A stretch of 64,000 bases of DNA from Candidatus Aenigmatarchaeota archaeon (GCA_044343545.1 JAWBZR010000001.1:1-64000); one strand, 5' to 3'; counted from the first letter of the stretch, positions 39,191 to 49,258 are shown. Made by a program: numbers and translations. Notes: a model not told the origin generated them from the letters alone.

Positions 39191-39885
39191 CTTTTCAATT
39201 CTCTCCTCAATCTAAAAATGTTTCTTATATAATTTACTACCGTCTTTTTTATATTAACTGTACTCCCCTTATCTTCTATCCATTTCACAGGTATTTCTTT
39301 GAGCTTATATCCGTATTTGTCTGCCTTTACTATTAATTCTGTATCAAAAAACCATTCATTATCTTTTATCTTTGGTATAAGCTCCTTCACTATTTTTCTA
39401 TTCACAGCTTTAAAACCGCATTGATAATCATTATATTTTGTTCCCAAAAACATCTTTACAAGAAATACATAGCCTTTTGAAAGAATGTCCCTTTTTAATG
39501 ACCTTTTTAGTATGGAACCTTCTGAATGTCTTGAACCAAAAGCAACATCATAACCTTGCTCGATGGCATCAGTCAATTCCTTTAAATGTTTTAAATCGGT
39601 AGACAAATCAATATCCATATAACACATTATGTCAGCATCTGTATGTTGCCAAGCAGCTTTAAGAGCCCTTCCTCTACCTTTCTGTGGAAGGTGTATATAC
39701 TTCACTTTCTCGTATGTCTTTGACAGCCTCTTAGCTATCTCTAGAGTTCTGTCGGTCGATGCGTTGTCCGCAATCAATATTTCAAAATCTTTGTAGTTCC
39801 TTTCACAAATTTCAAGAACTTTTTTAACACTACTCTCAAGCTGCTCTTCTTCATTATACACCGGCAAAGTCACACAAACTTTCAT
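39187..39885 (-). CDS. GT2 dolichyl-phosphate glycosyltransferase
   Basis: PVYNEE, DNASTD, DIDLS, DYQCGFK, WFFDTE. Confidence 0.9.
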   Translation of the reverse strand: MKVCVTLPVYNEEEQLESSVKKVLEICERNYKDFEILIADNASTDRTLEIAKRLSKTYEKVKYIHLPQKGRGRALKAAWQHTDADIMCYMDIDLSTDLKHLKELTDAIEQGYDVAFGSRHSEGSILKRSLKRDILSKGYVFLVKMFLGTKYNDYQCGFKAVNRKIVKELIPKIKDNEWFFDTELIVKADKYGYKLKEIPVKWIEDKGSTVNIKKTVVNYIRNIFRLRRELKR

Positions 39886-39916
39886 CTTCTCAAATTTTAT
39901 ATAAAAAAGAAAATCT

Positions 39917-41206
39917 TTAATCTTTTACATATTTGCTTACTCTTTGTGCTATTTCTTTACCCATTTTTATGGCCAAATTGACAGACCTTTCTGGATACAT
40001 GTTGAATTGTCCTCCTATAAAGAAACCTTGCAACGGTGTTTCATAACCAAGAAAGTTCTTTTTAAAACCTTTTTTGTAAATTACGCCAGAATCGAAACCT
40101 CTGAATATTTTATACCAGTTAACATCACCTTTACTTATTTGGGGAAAAAGTTTTTTCATTTCATAGAAATAATTTTCCCATATTTCTTCATCACTTTGCT
40201 TCCAAACCTCAGAATCTTCATCAGGATATTGTGCCAAGTAAATTATGTGACCATCATATAGCTCCTTAGGTTGAAAATTTGTATGTTCTATTATAGCACC
40301 TATTTTAGAATCTTTCGCTATGTTAATCCAATAGTATCTTGATAAGCTTTTTTTCAAACTGACTAAAATGCAAAGTGAATGTTGATATTCTATTTTTTTG
40401 ATTTTTCTATCGAACTTTTCATCAAATAATTTATACTTTCGTAGCAAACCTAGTGGAATTGTTGATATCACAGCTTTTGCTTCTAAAATTTCACCATTAA
40501 CTGTGAGCTCAAAATCTTGCTTTTTTTCTATTTTTTCCAAGTTTGCGTTAACGATTATTTTCGCGCCCATTTTTCTTATCTCTTTCTCTAATGCATCTAC
40601 AAGTATCTTGCAACTTCCTTTCAAATATGCCAATTTTTCTCCCTTCAAGCTTCGCTTACTTCTCATATTTATTCTCTCTATGAGCCAAGAAGCGGATATT
40701 TCTGTTGCTTTCTTGCCGAACTTGCTCTTTAACAATGGCTCAAACATCTTTTTATACAAACTCTTACTTGAATTTGATATTATCCAATCCTTCGCTGAAA
40801 TGTGATCTAATTTTTCATTATTTTTGCTGAATTTTATCTTCAACATAAGCCAAATAAATTGAATTTTCTCTTTTAATGTGAGAGGCTTGAAACTGAAAAT
40901 ATGATGAGGAGAAGATAATTCATAAATTCCTTCATCAAATAAAAATGCTGTAGAGGCGTAATTCCATTCTAAGTTTTTATCAATTTTTAATTCTTTCAAT
41001 TTTTCAAACAAGTGATTATCGCTCGTAAAAAAATGATGATAGTATGTTTCGACATAACCTTTACCTGCTTTTATAGTTTGCAAAAAACCTCCAAGGTAAT
41101 TATTTTTTTCTATGATAACTATTTTTAATTTATTTTTTACCAATTCATGAGCTGCTGTCAAACCTAATATTCCACCGCCTATTATAGCAACATCGAATTT
41201 TTGCAT
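39917..41206 (-). CDS. FAD-dependent oxidoreductase (protoporphyrinogen oxidase-like family)
   Basis: IIGGGILG, YYHHFF, IEHTNF, YPERS. Confidence 0.85.
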   Translation of the reverse strand: MQKFDVAIIGGGILGLTAAHELVKNKLKIVIIEKNNYLGGFLQTIKAGKGYVETYYHHFFTSDNHLFEKLKELKIDKNLEWNYASTAFLFDEGIYELSSPHHIFSFKPLTLKEKIQFIWLMLKIKFSKNNEKLDHISAKDWIISNSSKSLYKKMFEPLLKSKFGKKATEISASWLIERINMRSKRSLKGEKLAYLKGSCKILVDALEKEIRKMGAKIIVNANLEKIEKKQDFELTVNGEILEAKAVISTIPLGLLRKYKLFDEKFDRKIKKIEYQHSLCILVSLKKSLSRYYWINIAKDSKIGAIIEHTNFQPKELYDGHIIYLAQYPDEDSEVWKQSDEEIWENYFYEMKKLFPQISKGDVNWYKIFRGFDSGVIYKKGFKKNFLGYETPLQGFFIGGQFNMYPERSVNLAIKMGKEIAQRVSKYVKD

Positions 41207-41237
41207 AAAATCATTATAAAAAATATAAATTTATAAC

Positions 41238-41738
41238 TCACTCGAACTCTATTTCTATGAACTTGTTAAAAACATCGTAAAAAACTTGCTTGAAAAACTC
41301 TGGACTCAATTTAAGCAAATTTTTTTCCATTAATGGCATTTTAACTTTGAAAATTTCTTTTTCTCCATCGAAAACAACATTTATGCCTTTTATATTTGAG
41401 GGAGAAAGAACATCTTTAATGAAATCATTTATATCCGACTCATCAGAAACTATTCTAACATCGGTATTTAATTTTTTTTCTATTTTTTTAGCAATTATAC
41501 CGTTTTTTCCTATAATTTTTCCAACATCATTTTTTCCACAAACTATTATTGTAAATTTACTATCTGAAAAAACTCTCTTTATTTTTGCGTCTTTTATGTG
41601 CTTTTCTACCCTTAAAGCGTTATTGATTTTCTTATACATTTCTATTTCTGCTTTGTCAATATTCGCATTTAGATTGTTCTTACAGCTATCACAAATATCT
41701 ATATTTTTCAAACATTTGCTACAAACGGGGAATATCAT
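41238..41738 (-). CDS. NusA-like KH-domain protein with Cys motif
   Basis: PVCSKC...CDSC; KH motif IIGKNG. Confidence 0.7.
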   Translation of the reverse strand: MIFPVCSKCLKNIDICDSCKNNLNANIDKAEIEMYKKINNALRVEKHIKDAKIKRVFSDSKFTIIVCGKNDVGKIIGKNGIIAKKIEKKLNTDVRIVSDESDINDFIKDVLSPSNIKGINVVFDGEKEIFKVKMPLMEKNLLKLSPEFFKQVFYDVFNKFIEIEFE

Positions 41739-41790
41739 AATAATCAAAATGAAATACAATAATAAAAAACTTAAATCTTAATCTATTTTC

Positions 41791-42948
41791 ATGGAAATTG
41801 GTTTAATTGGCAAACCCTCAAGCGGTAAAAGTAGTTTTTTTAAAGCAGCTACAATGATTGATGTACCAATTGATGAGAGACCTTTCACTACAATAAAACC
41901 TAATGTTGGAATAGCTTATGTAACGGTTGAATGTGTTGAAAAAGAATTTAACTTGAAATGTCAACCGAGATATGGCAAGTGTGAAAATGGAATAAGATAT
42001 ATACCAGTGAAAATTTGGGATATAGCTGGTTTGGTTCCAAATGCCCATGAGGGTAGAGGTTTGGGTTTAAAATTTCTTGATGATATAAGGCAGGCATCGG
42101 TTTTAATTCACATAGTTGATGTTTCTGGCAAAACAGATGAGGAAGGTCGACCAACACATGATCACGATCCTGTGAAAGATGTAGAATTTGTAGAAAAGGA
42201 AATAGATGAATGGTTTAAAGGAATAATAGAAAAAGTTGTAGAAAAGTATAAATCGAAAATTAAAAGCGAAAAAATGGATATTTCACAATTACTTTTTGAA
42301 CAGCTCTCAGGTTTAGGGGTCAAAAAAATTCACATAGATAAATGCATGGAATATTTTGATTTTGACAATATTGAAAAATTTTCAACAAATTTAAGAAAAA
42401 TTTCCAAACCAATGTTAATAGCTGCAAATAAAATTGACATTGATGATGCTGAAAGAAATTTTAGAAAATTAAAAGAAAAATTTGATGATCATATAATAAT
42501 TCCTGTATCTGCTTTATTTGAAATAGCTTTAAAAACGGCCCATGAAAAGGGTTTGATAAAATATGATGGAAAAAATTTTGAAATAAAAAGTGATTTAACT
42601 CCTAAACAAAAAGAATGTCTTGATATGATAAAAGAAAAGGTTATTGAAAAATATGGAAGCACGGGAGTGCAAGAATGCATAAATAAAGCCGTTTTTGACT
42701 TGTTAAAAAAAATTGTTGTTTATCCTGTAGCGGATGCAAACAAACTTACAGACAACAAAAAAAATGTTTTACCAGATGCTTATTTGATAGATGAGGAAAC
42801 GTTACTGAAAGATTTTGCATATATTTTGCATAGTGATATAGGTAAGAATTTCATTTGTGGCATAGATGCGAGAAGTAAGAAAAAACTTTCTGCAGATTAT
42901 AAGCTAAAAAATAACGATATTATTGAAATAATGTTTAATAAAAGATAG
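41791..42948 (+). CDS. ychF: YchF/OLA1 family ATPase
   Basis: GKPSSGKS, PFTTI, DIAGLV, NKID, C-terminal TGS. Confidence 0.92.
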   Translation: MEIGLIGKPSSGKSSFFKAATMIDVPIDERPFTTIKPNVGIAYVTVECVEKEFNLKCQPRYGKCENGIRYIPVKIWDIAGLVPNAHEGRGLGLKFLDDIRQASVLIHIVDVSGKTDEEGRPTHDHDPVKDVEFVEKEIDEWFKGIIEKVVEKYKSKIKSEKMDISQLLFEQLSGLGVKKIHIDKCMEYFDFDNIEKFSTNLRKISKPMLIAANKIDIDDAERNFRKLKEKFDDHIIIPVSALFEIALKTAHEKGLIKYDGKNFEIKSDLTPKQKECLDMIKEKVIEKYGSTGVQECINKAVFDLLKKIVVYPVADANKLTDNKKNVLPDAYLIDEETLLKDFAYILHSDIGKNFICGIDARSKKKLSADYKLKNNDIIEIMFNKR

Positions 42949-43003
42949 TCGATAACAAATAATATTGTTAAAAATATAAATATGCTATGTAATTTTGTTA
43001 TTT

Positions 43004-43273
43004 ATGGTCAATTTGAAAATTTTATTTTTCACTGATGAAGATGGCGTATCTAATTTGCAAATGGATATATTGAAAGAAATTAAAAGAAAATATAAATACA
43101 TGGAATTATTAAAAATAAACAAGAATGAGGAAGAACTTGTAAAAAAATATGACGTTAAGGAGTTTCCGACAGTAATAATAGATAGCGGAAATGGAATTAA
43201 AAGATTTTCCGGTTTGACTCAAAGCTTATTTTTGGAAAGGGCAATAAATGAATTAATAACTATGAATATTTAA
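43004..43273 (+). CDS. Thioredoxin-fold protein without cysteines
   Basis: KYDVKEFPTVII..RFSG; no Cys. Confidence 0.6.
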   Translation: MVNLKILFFTDEDGVSNLQMDILKEIKRKYKYMELLKINKNEEELVKKYDVKEFPTVIIDSGNGIKRFSGLTQSLFLERAINELITMNI

Positions 43274-43284
43274 TTATTTAGGGT

Positions 43285-44796
43285 ATGAAGAGGCTTGCTT
43301 TTATAAATTATGAAAATTTTCAGCCGAGATTGTATCAAGAAATGATAGCCTTAACAGCGATACAAAGAAATACATTATGCATATTACCTACAGGTCTAGG
43401 AAAGACTTATATAGCTATACTCGTAGCTGCATGGGTTTTAGAAAATAAACCAAACAGTAAAGTTTTACTACTAGCACCAACAAGACCTCTCGTTAATCAA
43501 CACTTTAATACGTTCATCAATCATATGAAATTAGAAAAATCTCTATTTGCTGCCCTAACCGGAAAAATAAAACCAGATGAAAGAAAAATTCTATATGAAA
43601 AATGCAGGGTATTTTTTGCGACACCACAAATAATAAAAAATGATATAGAAAATGGTATTTTAGATTTAAGCAAGTTTTATTTGTTGATAGTTGACGAATG
43701 TCATAGATCTGTTAAAAAGTATGCTTATACTGATGTTGCTGAAAAGTATTTTTCCCAATCATTCGATCCATTAGTTTTGGGTTTAACCGCATCTCCTGGA
43801 GGAATGCAGGACAAAATTGAAGAAATTAAGAAAAATTTAAGAATAGAAGCTATAGAAGTTAGAACAGAGAAAGATTTCGACGTGAAACCTTATGTTAAAA
43901 GTGTTGAGATAGAAAAGATTTACATAGAAATGCCAGAAGAGTTCAAACAAATAAGAGCAATGTTAGAAGATTTTTACAAAGAATATTTAAATGAATTGGT
44001 AAAAAATAATCTACTTCAGTCATTGAATTCAACTAAAAGAGAATTGTTAGATTTACAAAAAAAATTGGGTGAAGCATATAACAATACAAAAGATAAAAGG
44101 TTTGCATACTATCTTGTTTTGACAACTCAAGCAATAAAGATAGAGCATGCATTAAATTTGTTGGAAACCCAAGGCATTTTTCCTTTACATAAATATCTTA
44201 TTGAATTGAAGAAAGACAAGTCTCAATCATCCAGAAAAATTGTGAATGATAGAAGATTTTTGGATGTTTTAAGAAAGGTAAATGAGTTTTATATAAAGGG
44301 TTACGAGCATCCGAAGCTCAACAAACTTGTAGAGATTGTAAAAAATGAAATTGAAAAAAAGAAAAACGTTAAAATCATAGTTTTTGCTAACTATAGAGAT
44401 ACTGTTAATTTAATAAAAGTCCATTTGGAAAAAAATGGAATTGAAGCAAGAGAATTTATAGGTCAAGCAAAAAAAAGTGGTAAAGGATTGTCTCAAAAAG
44501 AGCAAGTGAAGATACTAAACGAATTTAGTTATGAGCTTTTTAATGTGTTAATAGCAACAAGCATAGGGGAAGAAGGTATCTCTATTCCAGATGTAGATGT
44601 AGTTATATTCTACGAAGCTATACCAAGCGAAATAAGAAGTATACAAAGAAGAGGTAGAACAGGGAGGACTTCCACCGGTAAAGTTATATTTTTGATTACA
44701 AAAGGTACAAGAGACGAAGCGTATTTTTGGAGCGCTGTTCACAAAGAAAAAAGGATGAAAAACATTATAAGCGATATAAAATCTAAATTAAAATAG
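43285..44796 (+). CDS. Hef/FANCM/Mph1-type SF2 helicase domain
   Basis: PRLYQ, LPTGLGKT, DECH, TASPG, QRRGRTGR. Confidence 0.92.
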   Translation: MKRLAFINYENFQPRLYQEMIALTAIQRNTLCILPTGLGKTYIAILVAAWVLENKPNSKVLLLAPTRPLVNQHFNTFINHMKLEKSLFAALTGKIKPDERKILYEKCRVFFATPQIIKNDIENGILDLSKFYLLIVDECHRSVKKYAYTDVAEKYFSQSFDPLVLGLTASPGGMQDKIEEIKKNLRIEAIEVRTEKDFDVKPYVKSVEIEKIYIEMPEEFKQIRAMLEDFYKEYLNELVKNNLLQSLNSTKRELLDLQKKLGEAYNNTKDKRFAYYLVLTTQAIKIEHALNLLETQGIFPLHKYLIELKKDKSQSSRKIVNDRRFLDVLRKVNEFYIKGYEHPKLNKLVEIVKNEIEKKKNVKIIVFANYRDTVNLIKVHLEKNGIEAREFIGQAKKSGKGLSQKEQVKILNEFSYELFNVLIATSIGEEGISIPDVDVVIFYEAIPSEIRSIQRRGRTGRTSTGKVIFLITKGTRDEAYFWSAVHKEKRMKNIISDIKSKLK

Positions 44797-44803
44797 TGAG
44801 TTT

Positions 44804-45463
44804 ATGCAAAGTACATTAAAAACAAACAAAATATTTATCTTAGCGGATGATAGAGAAAGAAATAGTAAAGTTTCGGAGTATCTTAAAGAATTTGGAGCCA
44901 TAGTAAATTTTAAAAGAATTGAGGTGGGGGATTTTTTAATTTCAGAAGATGTTTGCATAGAAAGAAAGGAAGTTAACGATTTCATATCTTCAATAATTGA
45001 TGGAAGATTGTTCAGACAAGTAGAGGAAATGAAAAAATGCTATAAAAAAGTTTTGTTAATAATAGAAGGAATAAAAAATAATGAAAGAATAACAGAAAAT
45101 GCATATAAAGGAGCTATAGCAAGTTTAATAATAAATTATGATGTTAGTGTAATCATTGTCGAAAATGAAAAAGAAGTTGCCAGAATGATATATTTCTTAG
45201 CAAAAAAAGAACAGGATGAATTTAAAAAAAGTGTTTGCATAAAAAAGAAAAAAAATATAGAAAACATTTCAGAATTGCAACAATTTTTCTTATCATCATT
45301 GCCCGGAGTTTCTCGAATTATCTCGAAGAGAATGTTGCAGAAGTTCGGTAGAATAAGAGATATAGTTAATGCAAGTGAAAATGAATTAAAGTCGGTGAAA
45401 GGTTTGAAGAAAAAAGACGCTAAAACGATATACCAAATATTTAATGAAAAATTTTGCGAATAA
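44804..45463 (+). CDS. ERCC4/XPF-type nuclease with HhH motifs (Hef nuclease domain)
   Basis: DDRE, GDF, ERK...DF..SI.DGRL, LPGV. Confidence 0.9.
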   Translation: MQSTLKTNKIFILADDRERNSKVSEYLKEFGAIVNFKRIEVGDFLISEDVCIERKEVNDFISSIIDGRLFRQVEEMKKCYKKVLLIIEGIKNNERITENAYKGAIASLIINYDVSVIIVENEKEVARMIYFLAKKEQDEFKKSVCIKKKKNIENISELQQFFLSSLPGVSRIISKRMLQKFGRIRDIVNASENELKSVKGLKKKDAKTIYQIFNEKFCE

Positions 45464-45518
45464 AATTTCAAGTAAACAATTTATAAAGTTAAAATTATAT
45501 TTATTTTTTGTGATATAA

Positions 45519-46490
45519 ATGCAAATTTTTGATCTCATCATTATTGGTGCAGGTCCTGCAGGCATGACTGCAGGTATATTTGCCTCAAGAAGATCACTAA
45601 AAACCGTGATTATAGGCGAGGTTATCGGTGGTCAGGTAGCTTCAACAAGATGGATAGAAAATTATCCTGGATTTAAGCAAATAGAATCTTATGAACTAAT
45701 TAAAAGATTCGAAGATCATGTAAAAAGTCTTAATGTTGACATAATTCAAGAGGTTGTTACGGAAATAAAAGAAATTGATGATGGATTTATCGTAAAAACA
45801 AACTCTCAAGAATATAAGGGCAAAGCTATAATACTTGCTTTTGGTAAAACACCTAGAACTTTGGGTGTGCCTGGGGAAAAAGAATATACAGGCAAAGGTG
45901 TATCTTATTGTGCCAATTGTGATGCTCCTTTATTCAAGGGGAAAACCGTTGCTGTCGTCGGGGGAGGTAATTCTGCATTTGAAGCTGCTCACTTACTTTC
46001 GCAAATAGCATCAAAGGTTTATTTGATACATAGATCTGAAAATTTTAGAGCATTTGAGACTATTGTTGATGAAGTCAAAAAAAGAGGCGTAGAATTCTTG
46101 TTAAACACAGAAATAAGGGAAATAAAAGGTGATAGATTTGTAAGATCAATAATTGTTGAAAATAACAAAACTGGTAAAAGAGATGAAATGAAAATAGATG
46201 GTGTGTTTATAGAAATAGGATCGGAAGTAAAAACGGATCTTGTTAAGAATTTAGTGAAAATTGATCAAAGCAATCACGTCGTTGTAAATCAAAGATGTGA
46301 AACATTTTACCCGAATTCTGACAAAATTAGACCAGGTATATTTGCTGCTGGTGATTTGACGAACGTTCCATTCAAACAAATAATAGTGGCTGCAGGTGAA
46401 GGTTGCAAGGCTGCTCTGCAAGCTTATAATTACATTCATAATATAGAAACGGGTGATGTTGTTGGTGAATGGTCTGCAGGAAAAAAATGA
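45519..46490 (+). CDS. trxB: Thioredoxin reductase
   Basis: GAGPAG, SYCANCD, GGGNSA, AAGD. Confidence 0.92.
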   Translation: MQIFDLIIIGAGPAGMTAGIFASRRSLKTVIIGEVIGGQVASTRWIENYPGFKQIESYELIKRFEDHVKSLNVDIIQEVVTEIKEIDDGFIVKTNSQEYKGKAIILAFGKTPRTLGVPGEKEYTGKGVSYCANCDAPLFKGKTVAVVGGGNSAFEAAHLLSQIASKVYLIHRSENFRAFETIVDEVKKRGVEFLLNTEIREIKGDRFVRSIIVENNKTGKRDEMKIDGVFIEIGSEVKTDLVKNLVKIDQSNHVVVNQRCETFYPNSDKIRPGIFAAGDLTNVPFKQIIVAAGEGCKAALQAYNYIHNIETGDVVGEWSAGKK

Positions 46491-46501
46491 GGTGATGAAA
46501 A

Positions 46502-47590
46502 GTGTTTGACCAATTTGGCCCAGAAAAAATAATGCAAACTTATGATCCAAAAAGTGGTATGAGAGGTATATTAGTTATCGACAATACTGCTCTAGGTCCT
46601 GGCAAAGGTGGAATAAGAATGACTCCTACTGTTTCTGTTGAAGAAGTTTTTAGATTAGCAAGAACTATGACTTGGAAAAATGCCCTGGCAGAATTACCTT
46701 TTGGAGGAGCTAAAGGTGGAATAATAGCTGATCCTAAAAATATGAGCGAAGATAAGAAGAAAGAAATAATACAAGCTTATGCTCGTTCACTAAAAGAAGT
46801 TTGTCCTAGCATTTATGTTGCTGGACCTGACGTAAATACAAATGAACAATCGATGAAATGGTTTGCAGAAGCTATTGGAGACAAAAGAGCTTGTACTGGT
46901 AAACCAAAAGAAATGGGTGGCTTGCCGCACGAGCTTGGCTCTACTGGTTTTGGAGTTGCACACGCAACAAAAGTCGCTTTGAAAAAAGTTGATATTAGTT
47001 TGAGTGAAGCAAGCATTGCAATAGAAGGTTATGGAAATGTTGGAACTTTTGCTCACAAGTTTTTAAGTGAATGGGGAGCTAAAATAGTTGCCGTTAGTGA
47101 TAGCAAAGGTGTTATATATGATGAAAAAGGATTGAACTATGAAGAGTTAATGAAAGTAAAACAAGAAACTGGCTCTGTTATTAATTATAAAAATGGAAAG
47201 GTGTTGCCAAATAAAGAAATATTTGAATTGAAAGTAGATGTTTTAATTCCTGCTGCATTACCAGACGTAATAAATGAAAGTAATTACAAAAATGTTAAAG
47301 CCAAAGTTATAGTTGAAGCTGGAAATATAGTAATGAGCGAAGAGATTGAAGGTAAATTGCATGACAAAGGTGTATTGGTAGTACCTGATTTTGCAGCTAA
47401 TGCAGGTGGTGTTATTTCTTCTTGGGTAGAATATATAGGTAAAGACGAAAAATATATGTTTAAAGTTGTCGAAGAAAAGATTACTAAAAATGTTGGATTA
47501 GTTTTGGAAAAATCAGAAAAAGAAGGAATAAAACCAAGAGATGCTGCTTTGGAAATAGCCAAAGAAAGAGTTTTAAAGGCGATGAAATAA
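46502..47590 (+). CDS. gdhA: Glutamate dehydrogenase (ELFV family)
   Basis: GPGKGGIR, MTWK, GGAKGG, GYGNVG, PDFAANAGGV. Confidence 0.9.
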   Translation: MFDQFGPEKIMQTYDPKSGMRGILVIDNTALGPGKGGIRMTPTVSVEEVFRLARTMTWKNALAELPFGGAKGGIIADPKNMSEDKKKEIIQAYARSLKEVCPSIYVAGPDVNTNEQSMKWFAEAIGDKRACTGKPKEMGGLPHELGSTGFGVAHATKVALKKVDISLSEASIAIEGYGNVGTFAHKFLSEWGAKIVAVSDSKGVIYDEKGLNYEELMKVKQETGSVINYKNGKVLPNKEIFELKVDVLIPAALPDVINESNYKNVKAKVIVEAGNIVMSEEIEGKLHDKGVLVVPDFAANAGGVISSWVEYIGKDEKYMFKVVEEKITKNVGLVLEKSEKEGIKPRDAALEIAKERVLKAMK

Positions 47591-47629
47591 AAAACACAGT
47601 TTTAAAATTTTCTCTTTTAATATTATTTC

Positions 47630-48142
47630 ATGAAAAACAGAATTGTTGGTTTGATAATAATAAGTATAGCTCTACTTATAGGATTTATAATTTATGCTTT
47701 TAATAGAGCTCTAACAGAAATTGTTAATACTAGCTGCTCACATGGGCCAGAATGTCCAATGTGGGGAAGCATTAATTTTCATACAAACATAAGTATAGGT
47801 ATAATGATTTTTGTCTTGCTTATAGGTTTATATCTATTCTTTTTTGGGCAAGATGAAAAAATTGTAAAAGAAGTAAGAGTTATAAGAAAACCTGATAAAA
47901 AAGAATCTAAAAATATTCCTGAAACATCTTTCGTTCAACAAAAAAATCTTACATATGAAGAAAAATTTGTAATAGAGAAAATAATTGAAGCAGAAGGAAG
48001 TATTTTACAATCTGAGCTTGTAGAAAAAACAAACTATTCAAAAGTAAAGATAACAAGAATTTTAGATAAATTAGAAGCAAAGGGTTTGATAGAAAGAAAG
48101 AGAAGGGGTATGACTAATCTAGTAGTTTTGAAAAAACAGTGA
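47630..48142 (+). CDS. Membrane-anchored winged-helix regulator with Cys/His loop
   Basis: 2 TM flanking SCSHGPECPM; C-terminal QSELVEKTNYSKVKITRILDKLEAKGLIERKRRG wHTH. Confidence 0.8.
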   Translation: MKNRIVGLIIISIALLIGFIIYAFNRALTEIVNTSCSHGPECPMWGSINFHTNISIGIMIFVLLIGLYLFFFGQDEKIVKEVRVIRKPDKKESKNIPETSFVQQKNLTYEEKFVIEKIIEAEGSILQSELVEKTNYSKVKITRILDKLEAKGLIERKRRGMTNLVVLKKQ

Positions 48143-48169
48143 AACTAGTTTCATACAATGGTTTATAAG
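48140..48169 (+). promoter_or_regulatory. 14-bp palindrome plus TATA box upstream of the HMA gene
   Basis: TGAAACTAGTTTCA (48140-48153), then TTTATAAG (48162-48169) about 25 nt before ATG 48192. Confidence 0.55.
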
Positions 48170-48191
48170 GTGTTTCTCTGTATAGTTTTTC

Positions 48192-49097
48192 ATGACAAAC
48201 AAAAAAGATGTAAAAAAAGATATTGAAATAAAAGGAATGCATTGCAGCAGTTGTGTAAAAAATATTGAAAATACACTAATGAACTTAAAGGGCGTTAAGA
48301 AAGTAAAGGTAAGTTTAGAAGATGAAAAAGCTTCAGTAATTTTTGATTCAAGTAAAATTAGTGAAGATGATATAAAAAAAGCTATAAATAAATTGGGTTA
48401 TAAGACAGATTTGGCATCAAACTCTAATATAAAACAAGGTATTTTATATGGTTTAATACCACATATAGGTTGTATTGCATTTGTTTTGGCATCTATTCTA
48501 GGTGCTACATTTTTCACACAATTTTTCAAACCACTTTTAATGAGTAGATATTTCTTCTATATTTTAATATTAATATCAGTAATATTTGCAACAATATCTT
48601 CATATTTTTATTTGAAAAAAAATAATTTGATTTCACAAAAAGGAATAAAGAGGAGTTGGAAGTATTTAGCTACTATGTATGGAACAACAATCTCAATTAA
48701 TCTTTTGTTTTTCCTGTTTATATTCCCTATATTGACAAATGTTTCAGCACAGAATAATAAGAATAATAATATTGCATATACAACTGGAAGCAACATAAAA
48801 ATATCTGTAGATATACCTTGCTCAGGGCATGCTCCATTAATAGTTGACGAACTGAAGAAATTAAACGGAGTAAATAATGTAAAATTCGATTTTCCAAATA
48901 TTTTTGTTATATATTATGATAATACAAAAACAACAAAACAAGATATATTGTCTCTAGACGTTTTCAAAGAATATCCTGCTACTGTAATTAGCGAAAATGA
49001 TGTTTCAGCTTCAACCGTTTATTCTTCTAATGCATTATCTGTTGGTTCTGGTTCATGTGATTTAAATGGGGGTTGTGGATGTGGTTTAAAAAGGTGA
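48192..49097 (+). CDS. Heavy-metal-associated (HMA) domain membrane protein
   Basis: GMHCSSC HMA, 3 TM with PHIGC, second HMA-like IPCSGH, Cys/Gly tail. Confidence 0.85.
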   Translation: MTNKKDVKKDIEIKGMHCSSCVKNIENTLMNLKGVKKVKVSLEDEKASVIFDSSKISEDDIKKAINKLGYKTDLASNSNIKQGILYGLIPHIGCIAFVLASILGATFFTQFFKPLLMSRYFFYILILISVIFATISSYFYLKKNNLISQKGIKRSWKYLATMYGTTISINLLFFLFIFPILTNVSAQNNKNNNIAYTTGSNIKISVDIPCSGHAPLIVDELKKLNGVNNVKFDFPNIFVIYYDNTKTTKQDILSLDVFKEYPATVISENDVSASTVYSSNALSVGSGSCDLNGGCGCGLKR

Positions 49098-49102
49098 AAT
49101 AA

Positions 49103-49258
49103 ATGAAGGAAAAAACAGATAAAAACAAAATTATTAACTTGATTCTTCGAATAACACTAATCATAACTTTGTTTAATACATTTATGGTTTTTAATTTAAG
49201 CAAAAACAGAATAGATTTCAATGATATAAAAGAAATTTTGTCAAAAACCTATGGTTAA
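49103..49258 (+). CDS. 51-aa ORF, small protein or gene remnant
   Basis: AAGGTGA SD-like site then MKEKTDKNKIINLILRITLIITLFNTFMVFNLS... Confidence 0.35.
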   Translation: MKEKTDKNKIINLILRITLIITLFNTFMVFNLSKNRIDFNDIKEILSKTYG

